Source of the DNA: the human T2T-CHM13v2.0 reference genome, Homo sapiens
NCBI RefSeq assembly: GCF_009914755.1
Contig: NC_060930.1
Reading direction: 5' to 3' (one strand)
DNA: 64,000 nucleotides
Shown: positions 13,432 through 27,842 of the stretch, piece by piece
Layout of the letters: every line of letters starts with the position of its first letter
How positions within the stretch are numbered: the first letter of the stretch is position 1
The notes under the pieces: generated by a model
What the model saw: only the letters and a program-made list of their open reading frames with translations
The model's database searches: none
Told to the model about the DNA's origin: nothing
Translations under genes and position numbers: made by a program

Positions 13432-13730
13432 CTTTTTTTTTTTTTTTTGAGACGGTGTCTCGCTCCGTCGCCCAGGCTGGAATGCAGTGGTGTGATCTCG
13501 GCTCACTGCAAGCTCTGCCCCCCTGGGTTCACGCCATTCTCCTGCCTCAGCCTCCCGAGTAGCTGGAACTACAGGCACCTGCCACCATGCCCAGCTAATT
13601 TTTTGTATTTTTAGTAGAGATGGGGTTTCACCGTGTTAGCCAGGATGGTCTCGATCTCCTGACCTCATGATCCATCCACCTTGGCCTCCCAAAGTGCTGG
13701 GATTACAGGTGTGAGCCACCGTGCCCGGCC
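13432..13730 (-). mobile_element. AluY
   Basis: Y diagnostics gcaagctc, ttcacgccattctc, ccgtgttagccaggatggtctcgatc. Confidence 0.95.
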
Positions 13731-15534
13731 CTACTTTACTTTCTCAATAAACGTGCTTTTGCTTTGCACTGCGGACTTGCCCTGAATTCTTTCTTGTGCA
13801 AGATCCAAGAACCCTCTCTTGGGGTCTAGATCAGGACCCCTTTTCTGTAACAAAGCCAGCCACCATATTACAAGCTGCCATTTGGAGAGGCTCTCATGAG
13901 AAGGAACAAAGGGAGGTCTCCGGCCATCAATTTGTGAGGAACTGAGACCCTCAATCTAACAGCCCAGGAGGATCTACTCCTGTCAACAGTCTCTTGAGCA
14001 AGCTGGGGAGCAGATCCTTCCCCAGTCAAGACTTCAGATGACCACAGCCCCTGTGATCTCACCAAGATTGCAACCTGTGAGAGACCTTAAAGCAGTGGAC
14101 CCAGCTAAGTCACACCCAGATTCCTGACCTACAGAAACTGTGAGATGATAAACGCTGTTTCAAGCCACAAAATATTAGGGTAATTTGTTATGTAGCAATA
14201 GATAATTAATCTAGCATGTTGAATAGTTGACCTCTGGTATCCCTCCCACATTTAGGATTTTATGAGTTTTCAGGGATTAAAAATGATATTGGAAGGTATT
14301 GACTCTATTGATGTCCAAACCATTCTTTTTATTTCTCTTTTCTTCTAAGTTCAATAAATGGTTGTGCTTATCTGTGGGGATTCATTTTTCTTTGTGTTCA
14401 GGCATGTCAGCTAGCTGAAGCCTTATTGTGCTGGCTGGAGAAAGTGAACTAATTCGGGCAAGGATCTTTGAAAACCCTAGGAAGTCCACCAAGGAAAAGG
14501 AAGATACCATCTGCTCGCTAATGCAGTGTGCTTTGCATGTGAAATAAGAGCCATCGCAGCTCAAATAAGCAATTCCAGTGTCATTGATTGCTCTGGGTCT
14601 GAGCAGTTTTTTCTAATTTACCCTATTATTTTCACCTTTAGTGCAGGGCCCATCAGTGCTGGTTCTGAAGGGTTCCTTCAGTCATCAATTTGAGGAGCTG
14701 CCACAATTGCTTTCTGCATAGATATATTTGTGACTTAAATGCTCTTGGTTCAATAAAAGAATTATAGTGCTTTATTGTGACTTGAGGAAGCCCAGGCAGG
14801 CTTTGCCACCGCAGTTCCGAAGATCTATTACTCTGCCAGACCGGCCCACTGAGTTAATGTTTTGTATTAAGATTTCTAGTCTTCATTCCGAGAAACAGAG
14901 AGGCAAGTGACTTGCTAATGCTTGTTGCTGGAAGAAATAAAAGATGTAGTCTGAAATCTAAACGATTTAAATAAAAGAAAAATTTCTGCACGGTGAACCA
15001 AATTGCCCTTCTTTCCCCACCAGGCACACAGGCCGACTTCACAATGCTTGAGCAACGTTGTATTTTAAACCAATGAAATGGTCTAGAAGACAGGCCCTAA
15101 GGAGTTCAACCGTGTGAAAAAATTGTCCTGTGCTCTCAGCATATCAAGTACCTAGAATACATTAGGAACAAGCACAACTGCCTGTTTCTGTCTCTAAATA
15201 GTATTCCGATTGTAAATTGTGACTAGCAGTTTATCTTAAGAGCTGCTTCAGAGGTGGGGGTGGAGAGAGAATGAGAAAATTGAGGGATTGTGTGATCCAT
15301 GGTGGGGGTGCAGCTGCCACCTTTAATATCTTGTCCCAGTGTCCTGGTGTCCTGGGTGGTTTTGGCCATTGAGTGTGTGCTTAGCACAGTGGTTCTTACA
15401 TTCCACTTACATACACATTTCCATCTGCAAAGATTGTCACAAAGTAGTTTATTATATATTTCCTGTAACATATCAGAGAAGATAGATTCAAGAATGTAGT
15501 TGAGGAAACAGACACCCAGAGGTTAGATCCTTCC

Positions 15535-15982
15535 TTTAAAAACTTGTGGTAAAATGCATATAACATAAAGTTTACCATGTTAGCCATCTTAAGGTGTGTG
15601 ATTTAGTGATATTAAGTATGTTTACAATGTTGTGCAACCATTGCCACTATCTAGTTTCAGAACTTTTCATTATCCCCAAAGGAAACGTACATCCATTAAG
15701 CAGCCACTCCTGCTTCCTTCCATCCCCAGCCCCTGGCAAACACTAATCTGCTTTGTCTCTCTGGATTTGCCTGATTTGGATATTTCATAATTTAGATATT
15801 ACAGAATCATGTAATATATGTTCCTTTGCATCTGGCTTCTTTCACTTAGCATAATATTTTCAAGGTATCCATGTAGACACTGCATTAGTGTATCAGTACT
15901 TCATTCCTTTTGGTGGTTGAATAATAGTCCATTGTATGGATATACTTCATTTTGTTTATCCATTTATCAGTTGATGGATGCA
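15535..15982 (-). mobile_element. L1MB-type 3' end
   Basis: ttgtggtaaaatgcatataacataaagtttacca...tggcttctttcacttagcataat...tttatccatttatcagttgatgga. Confidence 0.88.
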
Positions 15983-17429
15983 AGTTAAATGCTTTTAACA
16001 TTAATTAATGGCAACATTAATTAAAAGTATTTTAAGTGTCCACAACCAATCAATAGATGGTTGCATTAATAATAATTATCATTGAGAACTAAACTTCAAA
16101 CACGGAGTCCTTTTCTTAGCCAATTTATCACAGGACTGGACTCCTTTCACTGAAAGCAAGATTTAGGACTCATCATTATCTTCTAAAATGCTGAGACGGA
16201 CAGCAAGATATGTGAAAGATGTGACTCTTCTGAGAAAATGGATCCACTGAATGCTGTCAGAGATTTTTACTGGTTCTGGCATTGGCAGGCTGGAGTTACT
16301 ATGGGGGAAAGTTCATCCCAGTAGCATGCTTGTGGAGAGATTTTGAGGAGGTTCCAGGAGAGAAGTCTGGAAGGTTTCTCTTAGGTTACATGTGTCTGGC
16401 CAGTCTAGCTAGTGTGTTTTCAATGTTCGTAAGTAGTTCTGTTTTGGGCATTCACAGGGTCATCCTCCATCAGAGACATTCCACGGGGTTGGGGTTTCTG
16501 GGACTCCAGTTTCTCACCACCTCCCCCAGTATTACTGCTGCACCATGATGGTACTGAGCTTGGAGAATGGGGTGGACTATGCAATGGAAGAGCGCATTGG
16601 CAGTAAGTCAGAGATGGGAAGGCTGGGTTTGCATGGACAGGGGAGTCTCACTCCTGAGGATAACACGAGGTCCTCTGGCACATAGTCAGAAATATTATGT
16701 TTAAAAATGAGCTGACTTGGGAACTTTTGAAGGTAGGTGGGTGTCCTATGACAAGAAGAATGGGGGCACCTCAGACACATTTTTTTCTGAAGTTTACACA
16801 GATCATGGCCAGTTTTAACTGACTACACCTTGTATTTAGAGACTCTGAGATGAGAGTTGTCTTTCATACTTCTTAGAATCTGCCAGTTACATCAGAGGAG
16901 ATAATAACATGCCAGCTTCTTAAACTGGGAAGGTGGGAACATGGGTGCTAGCTATAGCACGATTCTTTATACCTTCTATAAATTGTATTTAAAAATCACA
17001 CAGATTCCGATTTTGTAATACATTCTTAAGATATCCTACCACAAGCCAAGCAGTTACAATTCAAATGGATAATAACTGCTTTTCCTTTTGGAAAAATAGC
17101 CCATGCCCCTAATTGGATCACTGTGCATTCAGCACAGCATCTGTTGGCATGGCACTTGCTGGGAAGGCTGAATGAGAGATATTGAATAATCATGCCCTGT
17201 GTCTCCCACCGCTGCAGTTCCCCAGATGTGGTCTGCCACTTCTACTCCAGTTTCTGGTATTGGAACTTCTCCCCGGCCCACTGCTGCAGTGATTAGGACA
17301 AGATCTCAGATTGGCTAGTGTCTGCAAGTGAGCATCATACGGGTTGAAGTGATTCACAAACCATGAACGTGATTTATCTCCCTAGGAAGGATGGTCTTCA
17401 TAGCGAAGTTGCACTGTTTTTCTAGAAGG

Positions 17430-17572
17430 TTGTTATCATAGTACCTTACTCATGATAGTGCAGCCCATCGTGAAGTAAATGCACGTGATTAAATTTAACT
17501 CGAATGCACACACACGCACACGCAAAACCACCCTAACATATAATCTGGAACATAGTAGCTGCTCAATACATC
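17430..17572 (+). mobile_element. MIR fragment
   Basis: catagtacct...ctggaacatagtagctgctcaataca. Confidence 0.45.
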
Positions 17573-18069
17573 ATCCTTAATTTTGAAAGCATTGGCAAAA
17601 GTCTATGTCTGGGGGCCTAGAATGTTTTCCAGGTGGAAAGGATATAAACGAGCAAGGCATATGCCAGCTTTTTAGGCTCAATTTACCAAACACTTGTGTT
17701 TTTCTTTAAAACATGGCCAAAACAACTTAGTCTGAATCCAGGTGGATTCTGCACACCCCTCATGAGGGAGCTTCTGGGCTGAGACATAGACTTGGTGAGA
17801 CCCCGCCAGGTGTTTCTAGAAGCCAGCTCTTCATATAGAAAGCTTACATTGGTTCCAGCCTTTCTGCTAAGTGAACATCATCTATGTTTGAACATTTTCA
17901 CCAGCAGGAATCTCACTACCCTCATATCTGGAAATGAAACATTTGCCTCATTTGTACTTTATGCATGAGAAACCCACCGACTGCTGTGATTCTTCATAAT
18001 TCTCAACCAGATGGATTGTATGATGGGATTGATGGCATTGACTACAAATTGTTGGAGGAAGGGTGCCCC

Positions 18070-18820
<751 letters not shown>

Positions 18821-19436
18821 AAGCACTTGATCTATTTTTACCATGCTCAAAAACTTAAACCCAGCCCTGCTGAATCCCTGTAGAGAAGATGTCTCAGGAA
18901 TTCTTAAGAACTAGGGAGTTGTGAGGTTGTCACCTCATGTTGTTATACCCAGTGATGTTTTAGGAGGTTCTGCATGAAGATGCAGCATTGCTGATGAAAT
19001 GATTGCTTGCTGAGTGGGGAAGGCTGCAGTCCACTGTTTTGATTTATTCCCTATGACTTCTTTTTAGATTTTCTTTTGTTCAGTTTGAGTTGCAATGCTG
19101 CTGTGCTTCTCAATCCAACTTTATTCTCTGTGTAGCCCCATCAGACAAGCTGATTTCATTGGACTTACTTTTTGTAGTTTTTGTTAATAAAGATTTGATC
19201 AATTCAATGGGCTTTGGCCAACTGCACATGTCCAGTCCCAGTGTTCTTATGCCTTCTTCTGAGAGGGGGCACCCTCCTCCCCTCCCCCTTGAGAATCACT
19301 GCAATAATATATGCTGCTGGAATTTAGGGTGGTGTGAGTTCAGAGATCTTGTTGAAGATTCCCCCCATATCCCTTTTACTGCCATGTGACAGGTATTCCA
19401 TCCCACGCCTGAGGACAGGTGCTCCGTTACACCTGT

Positions 19437-19478
19437 CCTAATTAAGGTTATCTAATTAAGGTAACCTAATTAAGGTTA
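19437..19478. repeat. 3 x 14-bp tandem repeat with TAATTA core
   Basis: cctaattaaggtta tctaattaaggtaa cctaattaaggtta. Confidence 0.9.
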
Positions 19479-20487
19479 CCGCTTTGGAAGGGGTGGATTG
19501 AGGGTGGGAGAGGAAGAGAGAGAGTTGAGGAGAAAATGGTGGCGAGAGAGGGAAGACCACCTTGGTCATCTGGGTTATCTGAACAACTCCTGGAGGTACC
19601 TAAGGTGAAGGACACTGACCATTTCCACATCTGGATTGCCTGAACTATTTGCCAGGCAGTTCCATCGTGGGGTTCCTGGTCTTTGGGTGGAGTGGAAAGA
19701 GAAAATCTCAGATGGAAGTGGAAGGGAGGTACTGGTAAGTAAGAGGGTCTAGAAACAGACATTATTCATTTGATGTTTTATGCAGAAGCTTTAGGGTAAC
19801 ACTGATGATAGTACCTCCACTTTTCTTATTTGTTTGATAAATATACCACTTCCAGCTGACTGCAGGCTTATCAGTTGTTGTCTACAATTATAAATACCGT
19901 CCTTTCTTCATAAGGCTAAATGGTTAATATTTTTATAGCAATTTTGTGAATTAATGAACTAAATCTGTGGTTACTCATGTAATTTCAGTTACCACTGGCA
20001 AGGGAAATTTTAAAACAAATAGATTATTACTACTACAGTTCCACAATTTTGCCAACTCCTGGACACGTCTGCTTCCTTGAAGAGGGCTCTGTCACTCAAC
20101 TCTTGGCTTTACACTTCCAGGCAGTTTACTGCTCCTTGGAGAGCGGGCTGTCTCCCTCTATCAGTGCAGTGAGTCCTTTGCTATAAGAAAAAAGAAAGAG
20201 AGTGGGAGAGTGAGACTGGAAGGCTGGGAGAGCTGGGGTGGCACATGGATACTTTCTCTTCTCCTTTGGGAATTCCACTTAAAGCCTGAGGAGAAGGCAT
20301 TGCCCAAACCCTGAGGGTTCCTGGAAAAACGGAGGAAGTTTCCACCAGAAGAATTTGCTATATTCTTAACAGAGTGCACAGCAGGGTGGTCAGCATGGGC
20401 GCCCCAGTATGGCAGAGCCTGCAAAGTCCCCAGATAGGTTCAGACCCTTTCCATTGCACTGTTTGTGGCCAGCAAGATTTAGAGCCC

Positions 20488-21506
<1,019 letters not shown>

Positions 21507-21519
21507 AAACTACTTTTAA

Positions 21520-21860
21520 TCTGACCTGCTAGTGATAACTCTTGGCATTTTGACATATTTCATTCATAAACACACACGCATTCCCCATTTGGACTGCATT
21601 GCTCATGGTGTTTTGTAACATTTTCTCCTTAATGATATTGTTAATATTTTCTTAAGGTGTTAATTGTTCCTTTAAAACTGATTTTAAATGACTGCATAAT
21701 ATTTTATTTAAATGACTGCATAATATTTCATTGTATGGCTGTGACATAATTTATCTAACTAACCTTCTAATTATTGGCCATTTAGGTTGTTTCCAGTTTT
21801 TTACTATGATAAATAATGCTATAATAAGCATCCTCATATGAAACTGTTAGTGCACATCCT
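21520..21860 (-). mobile_element. Old L1ME-type fragment
   Basis: tgcataatatttcattgtatggc...catttaggttgtttccagttttttactatgataaataatgct. Confidence 0.7.
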
Positions 21861-22106
21861 TATCAGATCATTGGTTTGTTGTGGTATTTTCCCTGTTTTT
21901 GCTATTTTCTTGATATAGATGCAGTCACTTAACAGTAGCAATTTTAAGTTGTACTTATGTACTATATTAAGGGAGCTCTTGTTTAATTTGCTCCCATCCA
22001 TGGAGCAAATCTATTTTCTATTTTAAAAACACTCCTTAAATTTAAATAATTAGAATGAACTTGAAATCGTTATATTTAGCTACAAAACACACTGGAGCAT
22101 TAGACT

Positions 22107-22931
22107 GTATACTAGTCAGCTTGGGGCTGCCGTAACAAAATATCACAGACTTGGTGGCTGAAACAACAGACATTTTATTTCCTCACTGTTCTGGAGGCCA
22201 GAAGTCCAAGATTAAGGTTCTGGATGATTGGTTTCTGGTGAGGGCTCTCCTTCTGGCTTGCAGATGGCCACCTTCTCCATATGTGCTCATATGACCAGTC
22301 TTTGTTTGTTTTCTGTTGCTTATAACAGAATACTTGAAACCGGGTAATTTGTAGAGAAACAAAATATATTTCTTACAGTTCTGGAGACTGGGCAGTCTAA
22401 GGTCAAAGGACCCATCTGATAAATGCCTTCATGTTAGTGGAGACTCTGCAGAGTCCTGAGGTGGTGTAGAGCATCACAGGACGAGGGGCTGAGCATGCTG
22501 GCTCAGGCCTCTCTTCCTCTTATGAAGCCACCAGTCCCACTCCCACAATAACTCATCCATCTATTAACCCATTAATCCATGAATGGATTAATCCATTCAT
22601 GAGAACACAGCCCTTGTGATCCAATCACATCTTAAGGGCCCCACATTTCAATACTGCCACAATGGGGATTAAGTTTTAACATGAGTTTCCGAGAGGACAA
22701 ACATTCAAACCATAGCATGGCCTTTCCTTGGTGAATGTGTTTAGAGACAGCAAGAATGGCTTCTGGTGTCAATTCTTATAAGGACGCTAATGCTATTAAA
22801 TCAGGGCCCCACCCATATGATCTCAGTTAAGATTAATTACTTCTAAGTGGTCCCATCTCCAAATACAGCCACACTGGCGGTTAAGGCTTCAGCATGTGAA
22901 TTCTGGGGGACACAAACATTCAGTCCATACG
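22107..22931 (-). mobile_element. MaLR LTR, MLT1A-like, split by MST
   Basis: gggctgccgtaacaaaatatcacagac...ttctgggggacacaaacattcagtccat. Confidence 0.85.
22297..22717 (-). mobile_element. MaLR LTR, MST-type, nested in MLT1A
   Basis: ttgcttataacagaatacttgaaaccgggtaattt...acaaacattcaaaccatagca; 5-bp TSD tgacc/tggcc. Confidence 0.85.
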
Positions 22932-23184
22932 AGTCTGAGATTTTAAAACTTAATTACACGGCCCTATCTTTGTATAGTATGTTTTATTTTTTAAGCATTT
23001 TTACATGTATTATCCCATTTCATCTGAAACAAGTTGGATCATCTTTAAATTTTCCTCAGGTTACCTTCTGGAAAAGTTAATTTTTTTTTTCAAAATAGTA
23101 CATGGATATAGTTTACAAAGTCAAATAATATTATAATAATAAATGCCTTATAACAACCACAACTAAAATAGTCCTACGGCCCCT

Positions 23185-23503
23185 GTGTTCTTGCTGGCTG
23201 GGGGTGTGGACTGCTGTCAGCTCTTCAAGGCCACCTGATGTTCCTTGCCTCATGGCTCTGTCACAGGCAGTTGATTTCTTCAAGGCCAGCAGGAAATCTG
23301 TCTTTCAAAGTGTTCAAGTTGCCTGATTGAGCCAGGTCCACCAAAGATACTCCATCTGGTTTACCTTGAAATCCGCTAATTTGGAAACTTAATTGCATCT
23401 ACTCAGTCCTTTCACAGCTAGAAGCATGTCACAGGTTCCACCCAAACTTAAGGGGAGGGGAGTACACAAGGGCATGGCACATCAGGGATTAGCTGCTATA
23501 ACC
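23185..23503 (-). mobile_element. MaLR LTR fragment (older MLT1)
   Basis: ttcttcaaggccagcagg...ttaattgcatct...tcacaggttccacccaaacttaaggggagggga. Confidence 0.6.
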
Positions 23504-23759
23504 TATAAAGCTATATGATAACCATTCGATTTTATATTCCTAAGTTCCTATTTTGATACGTATGCATTTTAACTATTACACCTTCCTTCCCCTCCCATCT
23601 TCCCCTCCCAACTTAGTTATAGCACTTTTTAAAAACTTAAATCCATGTATTATGTTACATTCTGTTTTATTATTATGTTATATAAATTTGTGGTAGATAT
23701 TTATCACATTTTGTAGCTGCACAGTCCTTTTGGAACATGTTGCTGTGTTTGAGGAATTA

Positions 23760-24270
23760 TCCACCTAATGGTTCCCACCTGCATGTCTCTGCGATCTTCT
23801 AGCTTCTAATGTTGCTGGGGAGACACCCAGTGCTGTTCTGATCCCAGGTCCTGTGCATGTAGCCTAGTTTTTTCCTTTCTAGAAGTGTTTAGGGTCTGTT
23901 CTTTGTTTCAAATGTTCTGAAATAAGATAATGTGTCTTGTCCACTTTTCTTTTAGGATTCACTCAATGGACATTTTAAATTTGGAGCTTCAGCTTTATTT
24001 ACTTCAGTTCTAGAATTTTTTTCTTTTAGTATTATGTTCTCCTTAATGTTTTCTATTGTATTTTTCTGGAACTCCTATTATTTGGACATTGGACATTCTT
24101 ATATAACCCTTCATTTTCTTGCCTTTTGTCTCCGATTGTCCTCTGTAATATATATTTTTACAAATTCTGCATTATCTTCCAATTGCTTTATTGAATTTGT
24201 AAGTTTGAGTCTTATATTTTAATCTTTCAGGAGCTCTTGACTGCTGAGCAGTCTTATTATTTTAAAGTAG
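23760..24270 (-). mobile_element. Highly decayed L1M/HAL1-like fragment
   Basis: T-rich ttctagcttctaatgttgctg...ttctggaactcctattatttggacattgga typical of old reverse L1. Confidence 0.45.
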
Positions 24271-24273
24271 CAT

Positions 24274-24848
24274 TGATATAGCAGTTAAGAAGAAATCACT
24301 TAGGCAGATAGCAAGGGCATGGGAGTCCTCAGTAAGGCTTTTCTTTTTAATAAAAAGCAGCCCCAAATCATTTTCTAACAAAGAGCCGCCTGCAAGCTGG
24401 GAGCTTGCACGGGTGAATGCCAGCAGGAACTAGGGACTAGACATGTTCAAAATGGCGGCTCCATCTTCCCTTCTCTGCCTGCCACGTGTACAGTAAGAAG
24501 CAGGCAAGATGGGGCTGATCAACTGGAAAGTCTGTTTGCATAAGAAGATTAGGGTGGGGCAACCTGCCTTCCTTAGCGCTATGTAAACGTCATACCTGAT
24601 CGAATCAATCTGTGAGCCCTGTGTAAATCAGACACCGCCTCCTCAAACTGGACTATAAAATGTGATGCATTCATCACCAGGTCCTTTCTGCTAGGAGACC
24701 CCTTCATCTATAGAGGAAGCTGTTTCTCTTTCTCTTCTACCTATTAAACTTCCACTCCTAATCTCCTGGTGTGTGTCCGTGTCCTAAATTTTCCTGGCAC
24801 ACAATGACAAACCCCAGGGTATATACTCCAGCCAATGTAGCTACTTCA
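24274..24848 (+). mobile_element. ERV1 (MER4 group) solo LTR, LTR43/MER50-like
   Basis: TG...CA, 575 bp; TSD gcat/gcgt; TATAAAA 24654-24660; attaaa 24743-24748; start tgatatagcagttaagaagaaatcacttaggcagatag. Confidence 0.85.
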
Positions 24849-27411
24849 GCGTCTCATTTTTATTTCATAAATGTAATATCTTGAGGTTTTCTTTTTCTCT
24901 TTGCATTGTTTTTATTTCCTCTGAGTTTTCTTGAGGCCGGGGGGCGTTGGTGCTAGTAGGAGGGGGAAGTTATTTGTTAACAGTTTTCTCCATTTTGGAG
25001 ATTTTCCTCAGTAACGGTAGAGGAGGAGAACAGGGCCAACTTGTTTTCTATAGAGAATTCTGAACAATTTCCCCATGCTTATCTCCTGTCTCACATATAC
25101 CTTCATTGTGCTGAAATGGATGCCACCAATACCTGTGCCTTTCTGAATTTCTGAGGCAGCAACCCAGCTTATTTTTCAGCACATCATCCCTACCAACACT
25201 TAAGGTTGAGCCCTCCCTCCTCTGTGAAGTGTTTGCCATTCTTCCCTTTGCTTTCTATCTTCATACACTGTTGGTGCGGTTACTAATATCTTCTGGCTTC
25301 ATTAAAGACCAGCTTTGTGTTTCCATATCTTTGCTATCTTTCCATATTTAGGCGTGTTTGAAGGATTATTGTCAAAAGAAGGAGGTATAAAACCATGTTT
25401 ACTGTGCTTTCTTAAACCTCAAAGCACCAAAGGTCTCTTTCCAATGACTTTCTACTTGCTGGTACTGGGGCAGGCGTAATGATTCCTTTGTCAAGACAAT
25501 GGGATTTAAAGCGAGGAGAGGGACTTTGTATGTCATACAATGGATCCATGGAGGCAGAAGAAAACGGGAAAAACTCAAATCCCATTGAGGTTTTTGAAAT
25601 GCAGAAAATGGACACATGGCCTATTTGAATTATGGAATTCCTGTTTGATAATGCCCATTGCTTGTAACTAGTTGGTCAAAATTAGATTTCACAGAAACAT
25701 TATGTCTTGATTACAATATTGGAATTCTACAGCAAGACACACAATGTGATTTGAAGTCCACAAACTCCCTGACTGTCAGACTGAATTTCTGTAAGCCATA
25801 CTTATTTAGCTTTTAGAAAAACAGAAAACTTGGCAGAACTCTTCTGGCCGGGATGAAGCAGAGTGGGAATAACCATATCAGATTTAAATTGGAGATGGTA
25901 GAATGCTGCCACTTTTTTCAAACTAATCAAGGTGAAAGGCCAACATACACCAGTGACTAACAGGAAGGATTTGGGACATGGCTTTGGGCTCCTCCAGCGT
26001 TCAACATGGTATTCTGATTCCTGCTCTCAAGATTGGTGAAGAAACAATATTTTTAAAAAAGTCGTCGTCATTTTATGTTTGCTACTTACTGAACTCAAAA
26101 CAGTATGGTTTGCATTAGCAGGACTTCTACAAATTGTGTGGAAGGGATTTAAAACAGTTCTGTAGTCTGTATGAAAAATGAGCCTGCGATTCCTGACTCC
26201 TCAGAGTTCCTTGTAGGAGTCCTGGTGTAAAGTGATCTTTCACATGCCTGATTGGAACTGTGAGCCAAGCAACATCTGCATTTTTAAAAATAAACATTTT
26301 GCATGTAGAAACTGAAGTTTGCTTCTTTAGCCTTTTTTGTGTGTGTGTGTGCTAAGTAAATTGATTCGTCATAAATACACACTGGTACTTAGAGAGGAAT
26401 TGTGAACAGATTTAAAGTACATATTTGGGGAGATTCTGTGGTGATGACTGTGTTACCATTTTGGAGTCAGGATTGCCCACCTTCTTTCCAAACATTGTTT
26501 TTTGTTCCAGGAAAATTCCTAGTAGTCCAGTTTCTGGTTATGTATAGATAAAGAGGCTTTTCTCCTCCACCTCTCCAAATTGTTTACTGACAATATTACC
26601 CCCTGATAAAGCCTTTTATTCTACAACTAGAGATATATTCTATAGTTTTAGCACCTTTGGGAGAGGTAACACATTGATTTAAATTTCCAAATGCACAAAT
26701 ATCCCAGATCTGATTGTGAGATCTGCTTCCCAGCATGGAAATGGCAGAGAGGAGGAGATAGAGATGTCAATAACGCGGGAGGAAAGGGCTGGGGGCAAAG
26801 GAGGATTTCGAGTGAGATGGGCAACATGATTTGAAAACCACAAGCTCCTTGGCTGTCAGACTCAGTTTTTAGACAGCCAAAGCCAGAATATAGCAGAGAC
26901 TAATGAAGGCAAACTTCTCCTACGTGACAATTTCGCTGAGGGCTAGCCCCGCAAATGGGCTAGGAACAGAAAACCATCCTGTCGTACATTACATCATGAA
27001 AAGATGAAGAGGAAGTAGCAAACCAGAGCCTGGATGTGATTTCCCAAATCATCACATGGATCCTTGGTTAGGGAGGCTAATGCTCCTTCCCGCCCTGCTT
27101 TCCGTGCTCAGAGTAAGTTCTGCAGCACAGTTGGGCCTACGGACAGGATTCCTCATCGTGACAGTGTGACTTCAGTCGGGAAAGATGTGAGTTATGTTCC
27201 TGGAGGTATTTGATCACAATGGGTTTCTAACACCTAGTAAGGTAATATTTATTTCTTTGAGATGGTAAAAGCAATAGAAAAAAAATCTTAATTTCTTTAA
27301 AACTAAGTAAGGATAGTTGTTAAAAGTAATAATTTAGAATTTACAACTTCTTTGCAATCCAAGAGAAAAGATTCTGGGGTCATGACATTCTCCCCCTTAA
27401 AAATGTTTTTG

Positions 27412-27752
<341 letters not shown>

Positions 27753-27810
27753 TTAGCTATATGAGAATTTTTTTTAAAAAGCTCTTCTCAGGAATACGTG
27801 TGTTTGCAAA

Positions 27811-27816
<6 letters not shown>

Positions 27817-27842
<26 letters not shown>
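27817..27842. repeat. (CT)n microsatellite
   Basis: ctctctctctctctctctctctctct. Confidence 0.9.

Noticed and set aside
22560-22605. Palindromic attaatccat...atggattaat
   Set aside because: Lies within the MST LTR and appears to be part of its normal sequence.
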